This document shows, in pieces, positions 56,721 through 64,000 of a stretch of DNA of 64,000 nt (its first letter is position 1; the number at the start of each line of letters is the position of its first letter). This stretch comes from Pseudomonas phage NH-4, in the sequence record JN254800.1; one strand, 5' to 3'. The notes under the pieces were generated by a model that did no database searches, had not been told where the DNA came from, and saw only the letters and a list, made by a program, of their open reading frames with translations. A program made the translations under genes and the position numbers.

Positions 56721-56794
56721 GCAAGTGCCAAAACTCGACGAACGGAACCGGAAATTTGGGAGCGCGACAGAATAGCTCAGCTGGACATATTTCT

Positions 56795-56975
56795 AACATT
56801 CGATTTAACACTCAATCCAAACACTCACCACCATCGTCTCCCACCAACAGCCGACTCGACCCTCACCCACCAGCAGACCGCCCATATAACATCCTATAAC
56901 ACCACCTAACACTCATTCACCATCAAACCCACCCAGACCTACAGCCCACCCACAAGCAGCCCATAGACGCGATCC
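56795..56975 (+). other. G-depleted C/A-rich tract (about 5% G, about 40% C) in leader of TerS-like gene
   Basis: Counted composition: 1-7 G per 60 nt between 56821 and 56940. Non-coding, with stops in all frames. Confidence 0.7.
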
Positions 56976-57090
56976 CTGGCCCCATAGTACAATCGCGCCA
57001 TACTCAGTGTCGCGGCAGAGCACCAGGGGCCATCCGCCAACCAAGCCACCACGACGACTCCAGAATCGAACTCCAGGGACGCAGCAACAA

Positions 57091-57663
57091 ATGACCGCCA
57101 AATTCTACAGCCCCGACGATTTAGTCACGCCACAGGAATTCGCAGACCCGCATTTCGCGGCGATCAACCAAAAGCGATTCGACCTGTACATCGACCTGCG
57201 CGTCCAAGGTTACAGCTCCTGGCGGGTCTTCCGGGCCATCTGGGGCGAGGAGCATATGGACGGTCCCGCGCAGGCCCGCATCTTCGCGATGGAGTCCAAC
57301 CCGTACTATCGCAAGCAGTTCAAGGCCAAGTTGAACGCGACCAAAACGTCCGATTTGTGGAATCCAAAGACGGCGCTCCACGAACTCCTCCAGATGGTTC
57401 GTGACCCCACCGTCAAGGACTCCAGCCGTCTGTCGGCCATCAAGGAATTGAACGTTTTGGCTGAAATCACGTTCGTGGACGAGTCGGGCAAGACCAGGAT
57501 CGGTCGCGGCCTGGCCGACTTCTACGCATCAGAAGCCGAGGCTCAGACCGCGACCGTCGCTGCCGCGGCCGAAGCCAATGGCTATGTTCCGGAAGGCGAA
57601 GAGGGCGATTTCCCGTCCCCGACGCCGGAACCGACCGAGGAAGATCGCGCCAACCCCATTTAG
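57091..57663 (+). CDS. HTH DNA-binding protein, terminase small subunit-like
   Basis: N-terminus LVTPQEFADPHF...LRVQGYSS...AQARIFAMESNPYYRKQFKAKL resembles the TerS HTH (LTPKQE..F...Y...AGYS) pattern. Acidic C-terminus. Confidence 0.35.
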   Translation: MTAKFYSPDDLVTPQEFADPHFAAINQKRFDLYIDLRVQGYSSWRVFRAIWGEEHMDGPAQARIFAMESNPYYRKQFKAKLNATKTSDLWNPKTALHELLQMVRDPTVKDSSRLSAIKELNVLAEITFVDESGKTRIGRGLADFYASEAEAQTATVAAAAEANGYVPEGEEGDFPSPTPEPTEEDRANPI

Positions 57664-57786
57664 ACATAAAATAACATCGTTCTAGGCCCGAATCGGACCG
57701 AACTAAGGCGACGGTAGCGGGAAGGAACGAAAAAACGATTCTAGGGCGGTTCTAGGAAGTCGTAGCCTAACCCTCAGAAACGACAA

Positions 57787-57828
57787 AGCCCCCGGACTCT
57801 AGCTCAGAATCCGGGGGCTTTCTTTTGG
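57787..57828. terminator. bidirectional rho-independent terminator
   Basis: Perfect 10-bp stem agcccccgga/tccgggggct flanked by U-rich tracts on both strands. Confidence 0.7.
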
Positions 57829-57833
57829 GCGCC

Positions 57834-58448
57834 TTATTCGCCAGCGTCGATGATTTCGAAGTTGTATTTGACGCCTTCGTGCTCGAAAGTCATCTTGCCA
57901 GCCGCCTTCAGCTGCATGCGGAAGCGGATGTGTTTCGAAGAAGGCAGGCCGAACTCGATGAATGCTGCGTTGGTGGACCGGAACTCGCCGCGCTTGCCTT
58001 TGACGGTTACAGCCACGCCATGGCGCTGGGTGCGTTTCTTGGAAACTTCCGGGTCTTTCCAGGAGTTGGCGATGGCTGCCGACAGGTCTTTGGTCTCTTT
58101 GGCTTTCTCCGGCGCGTTCTTGGCCTCTTCGCGCATCTTCCGGATTTCTTCCAGCGCTTCCTCTTCGGTGATCTCTTCTTCCGGCTTCAGATTCTCTTCC
58201 TCGACCTTCTCTTCTTCCTTCTTCTTGGAAGTGCGGGTTTTGTAAACCTTGGCCGGGGCTTCCTCTTCCTGGAAGGCTTCTTCCTCGGCCGGCAGAGCAT
58301 TCAGAATGGCGAGGCAGCGACGCTCAGCAGTCTTGCGGTCAGAGAAACGCTTGACAGTCGCATCGGCGTTGTGGGCGTTGTAGAAGGCGACCAGTTCTTT
58401 CATTTCTGCGTTCTGGATGTCGCCGAAGGTTTTGATGGAGTTGGTCAT
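57834..58448 (-). CDS. hypothetical protein with acidic K/E-rich linker (204 aa)
   Basis: RBS GAGGA. An N-terminal domain, an EEEKVEEENLKPEEE linker, and a C-terminal basic domain. Confidence 0.5.
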   Translation of the reverse strand: MTNSIKTFGDIQNAEMKELVAFYNAHNADATVKRFSDRKTAERRCLAILNALPAEEEAFQEEEAPAKVYKTRTSKKKEEEKVEEENLKPEEEITEEEALEEIRKMREEAKNAPEKAKETKDLSAAIANSWKDPEVSKKRTQRHGVAVTVKGKRGEFRSTNAAFIEFGLPSSKHIRFRMQLKAAGKMTFEHEGVKYNFEIIDAGE

Positions 58449-58499
58449 TTTGCGATCCTCTGTTTTGGAAGATTTCGTTCGGGCTTCGGTTTGTCGCCC

Positions 58500-58560
58500 C
58501 GTTGAAAGAGATTATGCCTAGGTCGATGCTGCGTGTCTACATTTATTTCATCAGATTGAT
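58500..58560 (-). promoter_or_regulatory. sigma70-like promoter TAGACA N17 CATAAT with conserved downstream CTCTT(T/C)(C/A)ACnG(G/A)CGAC box
   Basis: The - strand reads GTAGACACGCAGCATCGACCTAGGCATAATCTCTTTCAACGGGGCGAC. The same CATAATCTCTTCACCGAC follows the promoter at about 60545. Confidence 0.4.
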
Positions 58561-58589
58561 CGCAAAGCCGACGAACGGTTGTCTGATGT

Positions 58590-58620
58590 GAAAACACCGC
58601 AGAGCAGGCTGCGGTGTTTG
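58590..58620 (-). terminator. rho-independent terminator
   Basis: acaccgcag/ctgcggtgt stem followed on the - strand by TTTTCAC. Confidence 0.55.
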
Positions 58621-58637
58621 GTGGGCGAGGGCGATGG

Positions 58638-59342
58638 TCAGAAAGTCGGGACTGTGATCGGCTCGATTGGCGGGTCGCCGGGCTTGTCGTTGTCCGATGC
58701 GGGAGCTGGACTGGACGGGATCGCGCCGGACCGAAGCGACAGAGATTCCGACTGCCTGCTCACCTGCGGAGCTGGAGGAGCTGGAGGCGCTTTTGGCGCA
58801 TGAGGCGCGGGCGGAACCGGCAGGCCTGGAGGAGCCATCGGCGCCCTGGGCGGAACCGGAAGATCGGGCAGATCAGGAAGACTCGGCGCTATGCCGCCAA
58901 AGGACCGCTGCGACTGCTGCGCCGGATTGTCGCCGAACATTTCGGCGGATCGGTTGTCCTTGATGACTTGACCTATGGCCGTCTTGTCGCCGCCCGGCTC
59001 TGCCGGATCGAAGCCCGTGAATGGAGTGGTAACGCAGCGCATGTTCGGATGGGTAGGCAGATTTTTCAGAACTATGGAATCTGCCCAGACATACGGATTC
59101 TTGTGGTTGCCGGGTCCGTGGCTGATGATCTCGGCAGGAATATGGCCGTTCATGGTAAGCCATTCCGCCATCCCTTGCCGAGTCAGCGGGCTTACCACGA
59201 TCTGACCAGTGGACTCTTTGGCGATGGCGAACAGATCACCGAATTCGAATCCAATGATTGTGTAGTTGGACCTGGACTCGCCGACGAAAGCCAGAGTTTC
59301 GATGTTGTGGTGGATATCTTGTTCTTCCCAGATGTAAAGCAT
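58638..59342 (-). CDS. hypothetical protein with globular N-terminal domain and Pro-rich disordered C-terminal tail
   Basis: 234 aa. The C-terminal 90 aa are PAPPAP/PxxP-rich. Confidence 0.5.
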   Translation of the reverse strand: MLYIWEEQDIHHNIETLAFVGESRSNYTIIGFEFGDLFAIAKESTGQIVVSPLTRQGMAEWLTMNGHIPAEIISHGPGNHKNPYVWADSIVLKNLPTHPNMRCVTTPFTGFDPAEPGGDKTAIGQVIKDNRSAEMFGDNPAQQSQRSFGGIAPSLPDLPDLPVPPRAPMAPPGLPVPPAPHAPKAPPAPPAPQVSRQSESLSLRSGAIPSSPAPASDNDKPGDPPIEPITVPTF

Positions 59343-59352
59343 GATGCGCTCC

Positions 59353-59664
59353 TCAATAAGGCTGCTTGTTGTATTCGACCAGAGACATACCGGCCGGAAC
59401 TTTGAAGCGTATGTATTCGATCATCATCGCAGTGCGACGCCGATTCGTGCCAGACTCGTCGTTGACGAATAGTTCGCACTGGTGCGGAATGACTCGCGTC
59501 ACCAGGCCTTCGCCTTTCGAGCCGTAGAACTTGATGTAGGCCGCGACGCCTCGCGTCATGTTCAGATGGATCGTTTCGCAGAGTCGCTGCGCGGCCGACG
59601 CGCTGGACAGATCAGTCGGGCTGACCGTCACCCAGTAATGTGCGTTTTGTTCTTTATCGGACAT
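59353..59664 (-). CDS. hypothetical protein (103 aa)
   Basis: ORF in the - strand early block. Confidence 0.45.
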   Translation of the reverse strand: MSDKEQNAHYWVTVSPTDLSSASAAQRLCETIHLNMTRGVAAYIKFYGSKGEGLVTRVIPHQCELFVNDESGTNRRRTAMMIEYIRFKVPAGMSLVEYNKQPY

Positions 59665-59712
59665 CATCTGCCCTCCATTGATAAAGCCTCTGCCGAGTAG
59701 CAGAGGCTGGTT

Positions 59713-59934
59713 TTAATCGCGCTTCATCAGGACGACTTTATCATATGCTCGATACTTCCCGCGCCAGTCTTCCCAGTAATCGCCGGCCGGGCAAGTCAGC
59801 TCCAGAGTGATTTCGTCTCGCCAGCATTCGACGGAAAGGACAATCGCCTTGTTCCTGGCTGCGGAATCCGCTCTGAGCTTAATCAGAATTTCGTCGCCCG
59901 TTTTCAGCTCATCAACTCTTACAACTTTGGCCAT
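59713..59934 (-). CDS. small early protein, paralogue A (73 aa)
   Basis: RBS AGGAG. Shares MAK..v.EL..GDEIL......R..AIVL motif with 59944-60201. Confidence 0.5.
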   Translation of the reverse strand: MAKVVRVDELKTGDEILIKLRADSAARNKAIVLSVECWRDEITLELTCPAGDYWEDWRGKYRAYDKVVLMKRD

Positions 59935-59943
59935 GTTGTTCTC

Positions 59944-60201
59944 CTATTGGGTAGCGCCACGAGGGGGCCATGTCGCTTCGATGTCCTGTAAGCAGATGGT
60001 GGGATAGTCTCTGGCCAGCTTGAGCTTGAAGTCCATCCAGTCGGCACCGATGAGTGCCGCGACTTCGATGATGACTTCGTTGTGCGACGCCGCGCTAGAT
60101 TGCAGGACTATAGCCCGACGCCGAACGGGATCATTGACATCGACATGAGTTAGTATTTCGTCGCCGACGAGCAACTCACAAGCCATCAATATTTTGGCCA
60201 T
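59944..60201 (-). CDS. small early protein, paralogue B (85 aa)
   Basis: RBS AGGAG. Preceded by a conserved GC hairpin in the 5' UTR. Confidence 0.5.
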   Translation of the reverse strand: MAKILMACELLVGDEILTHVDVNDPVRRRAIVLQSSAASHNEVIIEVAALIGADWMDFKLKLARDYPTICLQDIEATWPPRGATQ

Positions 60202-60254
60202 CATACACTCCTATGAGAAGGCGCGGCCAGGACGATCCCAGCCGCGCCGATGGA

Positions 60255-60479
60255 TTAACGTTTGTGAAGGATGGACACTGCGTCCACGTCGAGGATGCTG
60301 ATGGTACGGCGACGGCGCGGATTGCTGCGTTCATGGATGCGAATCAGGTTCGCAGCTGGAGCTTTGTCCACCACCCATACATCTTCCGGCTTCTGCTTCC
60401 GGAGCAGGACCGTCACTTCTGCGTTCTGGGCGAGGCCGTTGCAGATGAACGTGAACTTGGACGAGGGAGTTCTGTACAT
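60255..60479 (-). CDS. small basic hypothetical protein (74 aa)
   Basis: Preceded by a TTTACT-N17-CATAAT promoter. Confidence 0.45.
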   Translation of the reverse strand: MYRTPSSKFTFICNGLAQNAEVTVLLRKQKPEDVWVVDKAPAANLIRIHERSNPRRRRTISILDVDAVSILHKR

Positions 60480-60543
60480 GTCGAGATTCCTTTTTGGACT
60501 TCGGGTCCGGCTTTTCAGTCGGTGAAGAGATTATGCCTGATCA

Positions 60544-60870
60544 TCACCGTCGAGTAAAGCACTTATGGACCAATTCTCCAGTTAAATGGAACCAAAGCGC
60601 GGTATCGCTGATCGCTACGCTTCCACGCCATGGCCCTTCTTGCTCACAGACTTCGAACCACAAGCTAATTTCCATCCTGGCCAGGACTCGGCCGAAGGAT
60701 TCGAGCCGACGCCGGCTGGCCAGGATGTCGACATTCACCCGTCGATTAATTTCGTATCGGCGACCGTTGATGACGAAGACTAGGCGTAGGGTCTGTCCGT
60801 CCAGACATTCCCAGTATTTGGTTTCATACCGAAGCCAGTAGCGCTTGCCAGCCGGGCCTACCATGGTCAT
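60544..60870 (-). CDS. hypothetical protein (108 aa)
   Basis: ATGA overlap with the upstream gene. Confidence 0.45.
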   Translation of the reverse strand: MTMVGPAGKRYWLRYETKYWECLDGQTLRLVFVINGRRYEINRRVNVDILASRRRLESFGRVLARMEISLWFEVCEQEGPWRGSVAISDTALWFHLTGELVHKCFTRR

Positions 60871-61515
60871 TTAATCGATGCTCCTGGCCGCGCCACGCGG
60901 TCCTGTCGGCGGCGCAGGATCGAACCGCCCCAGGATGTAGTCGGGCCGGCGCGCTTCCTGAGGACACACGGCGAGAAGGCGCCATCCTGCGTCCAGGGCA
61001 TACTGGAGTTCGTCCGTGCAGCAGTCTTCCTTGAGCAGCAGACGGTTGACGCTCTGGAGATTCGGACCAGGGATGGCCGAGCTGGTGTGCGAGTTCCAAC
61101 CTTCGATGCCGTCCACCATCTGTGGTTGGTTGATGTAGCCTTCGGACCTGCCAGCCAACCGGCTCGCGGCCAGCTCCAGGCGCTCAAGCATGGGTCGCAG
61201 AGCAGCTTCCGGGTCAACATCATCCCAGAGCAGGACCAGGTTGATGATGGTGTACGGATAGTCCTTGTCCAGATCCCAGGCCGAAGCGGTCAGGCGGCCC
61301 AGGCCGATTTCATTACACATCACGGGAACGTCGTTGCTCCATGTGGACGGCTCCCAGTTCCGCTCACCAGGATTCCCGATTGTTACGCCTTCCAGGTTCC
61401 CCAGGAGAACGTGGAGTTTGCTGACGTATTCCGCCTCCAGCGCTTTCCGCTCTTCGTCGGTCTGGTTGTGGCGATAGAAGGATGGAGGGCTGACTTTTGC
61501 ATGGTAGAGTTTCAT
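60871..61515 (-). CDS. hypothetical protein (214 aa)
   Basis: Internal ATG with RBS GAGGAA. The longer ORF is Ala/Arg-rich and likely spurious. Confidence 0.45.
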   Translation of the reverse strand: MKLYHAKVSPPSFYRHNQTDEERKALEAEYVSKLHVLLGNLEGVTIGNPGERNWEPSTWSNDVPVMCNEIGLGRLTASAWDLDKDYPYTIINLVLLWDDVDPEAALRPMLERLELAASRLAGRSEGYINQPQMVDGIEGWNSHTSSAIPGPNLQSVNRLLLKEDCCTDELQYALDAGWRLLAVCPQEARRPDYILGRFDPAPPTGPRGAARSID

Positions 61516-61546
61516 GGCGGTTCCTCGGTTTTTGAAGGCTTGAACG

Positions 61547-61759
61547 TTAGAGAATGGTGTCGCAGTATTTCTCGAAAGGACTCTGGCGCTTCTTCTCGCA
61601 GATCGCGCAGGTGATTTCCAGGTCGGGCAGCTCGCTGTAAGTCTTGCCGAGATACAGCCAGCGCTTGCACAGACTGCGGCCGTCCAACGTGAAGAAGTGG
61701 ACTTTGCGAGCATTGCCGGGTTGCGCCCAGCCACCTTGATCGTTTTTGCGCTTGCTCAT
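61547..61759 (-). CDS. small Cys-containing protein (70 aa)
   Basis: ATGA overlap. CKRW...CAICEKK. Confidence 0.4.
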   Translation of the reverse strand: MSKRKNDQGGWAQPGNARKVHFFTLDGRSLCKRWLYLGKTYSELPDLEITCAICEKKRQSPFEKYCDTIL

Positions 61760-61956
61760 GGCGATATTTCCTTTGGATCTGGAATCCATGCCGTCCGTTC
61801 GCTCACCCAAACTCCGTCTACATAGATCAGGACTGACAGAGCAGTCGCGCCAAACCCGAAGCCTACATAGAATGAACCGGGATCGATTTCCATGGTGGCG
61901 CTATTGGTGGCGCTATTGAAATCGACTTCAAAGTCGAACATCGAATGGCCACTCAT
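61756..61956 (-). CDS. small hypothetical protein (66 aa)
   Basis: ATGA overlaps on both sides. Confidence 0.4.
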   Translation of the reverse strand: MSGHSMFDFEVDFNSATNSATMEIDPGSFYVGFGFGATALSVLIYVDGVWVSERTAWIPDPKEISP

Positions 61957-62168
61957 ACCATCACCATGTCGATTTCATTGATGAAGAAATGAACATCGAC
62001 ACCATCGGCGCGACCGGTGTAACGCAGCCGAGTCGTCCCATCAATGTGGGCTTCCTCGACGCCGATGACTTCCAGGATGGTGTCGTTGCAGTAAAGCTTG
62101 ACGAACATCTTGATGCCGGAGCCAATCGCCGCGAAGGCGATCTGCTTGTACAGGTCTTGCTTGATCAT
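61953..62168 (-). CDS. small hypothetical protein (71 aa)
   Basis: Internal ATG with an ATGA overlap. Confidence 0.4.
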   Translation of the reverse strand: MIKQDLYKQIAFAAIGSGIKMFVKLYCNDTILEVIGVEEAHIDGTTRLRYTGRADGVDVHFFINEIDMVMV

Positions 62169-62365
62169 GCTTTGCGCTCCTGTTTGCGGATGTATTCTGC
62201 CCTGGCTTCGGCTTCGAACTTCGCCCAAAGCGCGTTGTCGACTGGACCCCAGGGACCGGTCTGAGTCCCGTCCACCGGCGCGAACTTGCCACCGGCGCGA
62301 CGATACTTGGACAGAGTTCTCAGGCTGATGATTTTCTCTTCTTGGGAATCGAGTTGGACGATCAC
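62165..62365 (-). CDS. small hypothetical protein (66 aa, GTG start)
   Basis: GTGA overlap with the upstream stop. RBS GGGAAG. Confidence 0.35.
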   Translation of the reverse strand: MIVQLDSQEEKIISLRTLSKYRRAGGKFAPVDGTQTGPWGPVDNALWAKFEAEARAEYIRKQERKA

Positions 62366-62613
62366 TTGACATACTTCCCGAAGTAGCAGGTGTGGAGTAT
62401 TTCCAGGCCTTTGGAGATAGCCTTCAGCTTGATGCCGAAATTCTTGATCGCCCAGTCCAGATCGTGGTGATAGAACTCGATGATGTTGACGATTTGGCCG
62501 GCGCTGTAGTGGATGACGCGAACCTTGCCGTTCCAGCGGAAATCTTCGCGGCTGTTTACGGCCTCGACTTCGATGGTGTCGTTTCTGCCGATGGTCCATT
62601 TGGAGCTAGTCAT
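62362..62613 (-). CDS. small hypothetical protein (83 aa)
   Basis: RBS GAGGA. Preceded by promoter/leader copy 3. Confidence 0.5.
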   Translation of the reverse strand: MTSSKWTIGRNDTIEVEAVNSREDFRWNGKVRVIHYSAGQIVNIIEFYHHDLDWAIKNFGIKLKAISKGLEILHTCYFGKYVK

Positions 62614-62654
62614 GTCGCAATCCTCTTTTTGGAGTGTTTCGCGTTTCGATGAGG

Positions 62655-62692
62655 TAACTATACCTCAGTCACCTCATCGAGTAAAGCACTTT
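62655..62692 (-). promoter_or_regulatory. sigma70-like early promoter (copy 3), -35 TTTACT N17 -10 TATAGT, with 10-bp inverted-repeat operator
   Basis: The - strand reads AAGTGCTTTACTCGATGAGGTGACTGAGGTATAGTTACCTCATCGA. The operator arms are TCGATGAGGT (62650-62659) and ACCTCATCGA (62681-62690). Confidence 0.55.
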
Positions 62693-62738
62693 TGAACATA
62701 TTATCTGAAATTTCTGTGAGACGGATCCATCGGCGGAT

Positions 62739-62924
62739 TCAGTCAGTGGAACCGAGATTCCATCCGTTGCGGGCGAAGGCCGAGCGGCCAGACAGCTTGC
62801 GGCACTGGATGGAGCTGCCATCGTCGAAGGTGTAAGATACGGCCCAGTCCAGGCGCTCGCGACGTACTGCCGCCGCAGCGATATCTTCCAGACGGGCTTT
62901 GAGAAGCTGTTCTGCTTTGGTCAT
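62739..62924 (-). CDS. small hypothetical protein (61 aa)
   Basis: RBS AGAGGA. Preceded by promoter/leader copy 4. Confidence 0.45.
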   Translation of the reverse strand: MTKAEQLLKARLEDIAAAAVRRERLDWAVSYTFDDGSSIQCRKLSGRSAFARNGWNLGSTD

Positions 62925-62963
62925 TTCGAGTTCCTCTTTGGGGCGATTCGTGTTTCGATGAGA

Positions 62964-63000
62964 TGACTATAACTCAGTCACCTCATCGAGTAAAGCGCTT
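62964..63000 (-). promoter_or_regulatory. sigma70-like early promoter (copy 4), TTTACT N17 TATAGT with inverted-repeat operator
   Basis: AAGCGCTTTACTCGATGAGGTGACTGAGTTATAGTCATCTCATCGA. Confidence 0.5.
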
Positions 63001-63008
63001 CTGAGGAA

Positions 63009-63182
63009 TTATCTGAAGTTTCTGGAGGCCAGAAATTGCCGCCAGAGCCAGTCAACGTGATCGTTGAGGTAGCGCTCGCCATCGGACGACAGAGCCAGGC
63101 AGCCATCCTTTATGCCGAGCTTGGAGCTGGAAATCCATTCGAACTCGAACTGGAGAGTTCCTGGGCGAGGGATATGGGACAT
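63009..63182 (-). CDS. possible small protein (58 aa)
   Basis: Internal ATG 18 nt after the upstream stop. Weak RBS. Confidence 0.25.
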   Translation of the reverse strand: MSHIPRPGTLQFEFEWISSSKLGIKDGCLALSSDGERYLNDHVDWLWRQFLASRNFR

Positions 63183-63199
63183 GCTGTACTTTTGCACGG

Positions 63200-63949
63200 T
63201 CAGGAATCCTCTAAAGGTTTGGAGTTCGCGATGGCCGCGACTTTCTGCATGCCGATGCGATAGAATTCGGCCTCTTCCCTGGCCTTGGCCAGCTGCTCCC
63301 TGGCTTCGCACGCCAGCTTGTGCTGGTTATTGGCATTCTGGATGCTTCCGTCCAGACTCCTGTCCAACTCTTCCCGAAGAGCCTTCTGCGACGCTAGCTC
63401 GGCCTCCAAATCCTGGATTCTGATCTGAAGCTGGCGATTCCTTTCAGAAACATCGTTTTCGCGAGCGATGGAATTCTGAAGGCATTCGTCAAGGCGAGTA
63501 TTTTCGAGCTTCAGCTTGTTTTCGCGATCCGCGTACGCAGTAAGACATTTGGTCAGACGAGCCTGTTCTTTCACAAGATCGACTTTGCGGAGCTTGGCCC
63601 TGGCCAGAGCTTTGCGAAGTGACTCCAGCTCAAGCGGGTGAAGATCAGCATCCGGGTCTTCACGCTCTTCCTTCGGCTCCATCCGCAGGTAGTATTGGCC
63701 GGCAGCGAAGGCCAATAGGGCACGGTCGGAATTCTCTACGGAAGCGGCCATGAAGTGGGAATTATAACGAGGCAGAAACTTGCCCGCCTCTGGGTCCCAG
63801 CACAGGCTATCCGCCATAGGCCAGAATTTCCGGAAGTTATCTGCGTTCACGCCCACCTTGACCGTTTCCGGCGCACCTGAATCCGTCGCCACTTCCAGGT
63901 TCAGGTGAATGGTGCCGGTGATGTACTGGAAGTACACTATGCTAGACAT
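63200..63949 (-). CDS. coiled-coil protein (249 aa)
   Basis: RBS GGAG. The C-terminal half is heptad-rich (LESLRKALARAKLRKVDLVKEQARL...). Preceded by a conserved 5' UTR GC hairpin. Confidence 0.5.
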   Translation of the reverse strand: MSSIVYFQYITGTIHLNLEVATDSGAPETVKVGVNADNFRKFWPMADSLCWDPEAGKFLPRYNSHFMAASVENSDRALLAFAAGQYYLRMEPKEEREDPDADLHPLELESLRKALARAKLRKVDLVKEQARLTKCLTAYADRENKLKLENTRLDECLQNSIARENDVSERNRQLQIRIQDLEAELASQKALREELDRSLDGSIQNANNQHKLACEAREQLAKAREEAEFYRIGMQKVAAIANSKPLEDS

Positions 63950-64000
63950 AACACAAACTCCATGAGAAGTCGCGGCCGGGACCATCCTGGCCGCGCATCT

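Noticed and set aside
56771-56786. tRNA D-arm-like motif TAGCTCAGCTGG
   Set aside because: No closing GAGC D-stem and no complementary acceptor 3' half were found, and the T-arm-like TTCGATT lacks a stem. It does not fold into a cloverleaf.
59683-59712. Hairpin agcctctgc/gcagaggct between two - strand genes
   Set aside because: The U-tract is on the + strand only, where no gene is transcribed. Its function as a terminator is unclear.

Overview
The window reads as most of the genome of a lytic tailed dsDNA phage with a contractile tail (myovirus), GC about 57%. Gene content and order are reminiscent of PB1-like Pseudomonas myophages, but that is inference from memory and no search was run.

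Layout:
- Partial terminase large subunit on the + strand (2-499).
- A block of 13 small early genes on the - strand (536-6825), tightly translationally coupled.
- A + strand structural operon (7006-33535): portal, Mu-F-like head morphogenesis protein, scaffold, major capsid, neck, DUF3383-like sheath, two paralogous tube proteins, chaperones, tape measure with an SLT domain, baseplate, a repeat-containing tail fibre, a Tfa-like chaperone and a GH19 endolysin.
- A - strand DNA-metabolism block (33560-50756): RHH regulator, ATP-dependent DNA ligase, MazG-like protein, gp2.5-like SSB, SNF2 helicase plus VRR-NUC nuclease, DnaE-type polymerase, DnaQ-like exonuclease, a HAD-phosphatase fusion, a ThyX-like protein, an FAD oxidoreductase, an ER/K-repeat protein and a Dda-like helicase.
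- A + strand block (50925-57663): AEP primase, a D5-like SF3 helicase and a TerS-like HTH protein.
- A second - strand early block (57834-64000).

Most notable observations:
1. The portal ORF carries a C-terminal family-I inorganic-pyrophosphatase-like domain with an intact DGDEVDC signature.
2. A roughly 340-bp AT-rich non-coding cassette flanked by 17-bp inverted repeats occurs twice (10545-10880 and 56370-56720). Both copies are candidate origins or regulatory hubs.
3. A strongly G-depleted C/A-rich tract lies upstream of the TerS-like gene, with a mirror-image G/T-rich tract on the other side of the second cassette.
4. A family of sigma70-like early promoters shares a conserved leader and operator palindromes.
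5. The ThyX homologue has substitutions in catalytic motifs and sits among nucleotide-metabolism genes.

No tRNA, CRISPR array, integrase or transposase was recognised. Many long antisense ORFs are GC3 artefacts and were rejected. Coordinates of internal starts carry an uncertainty of 1-3 nt.
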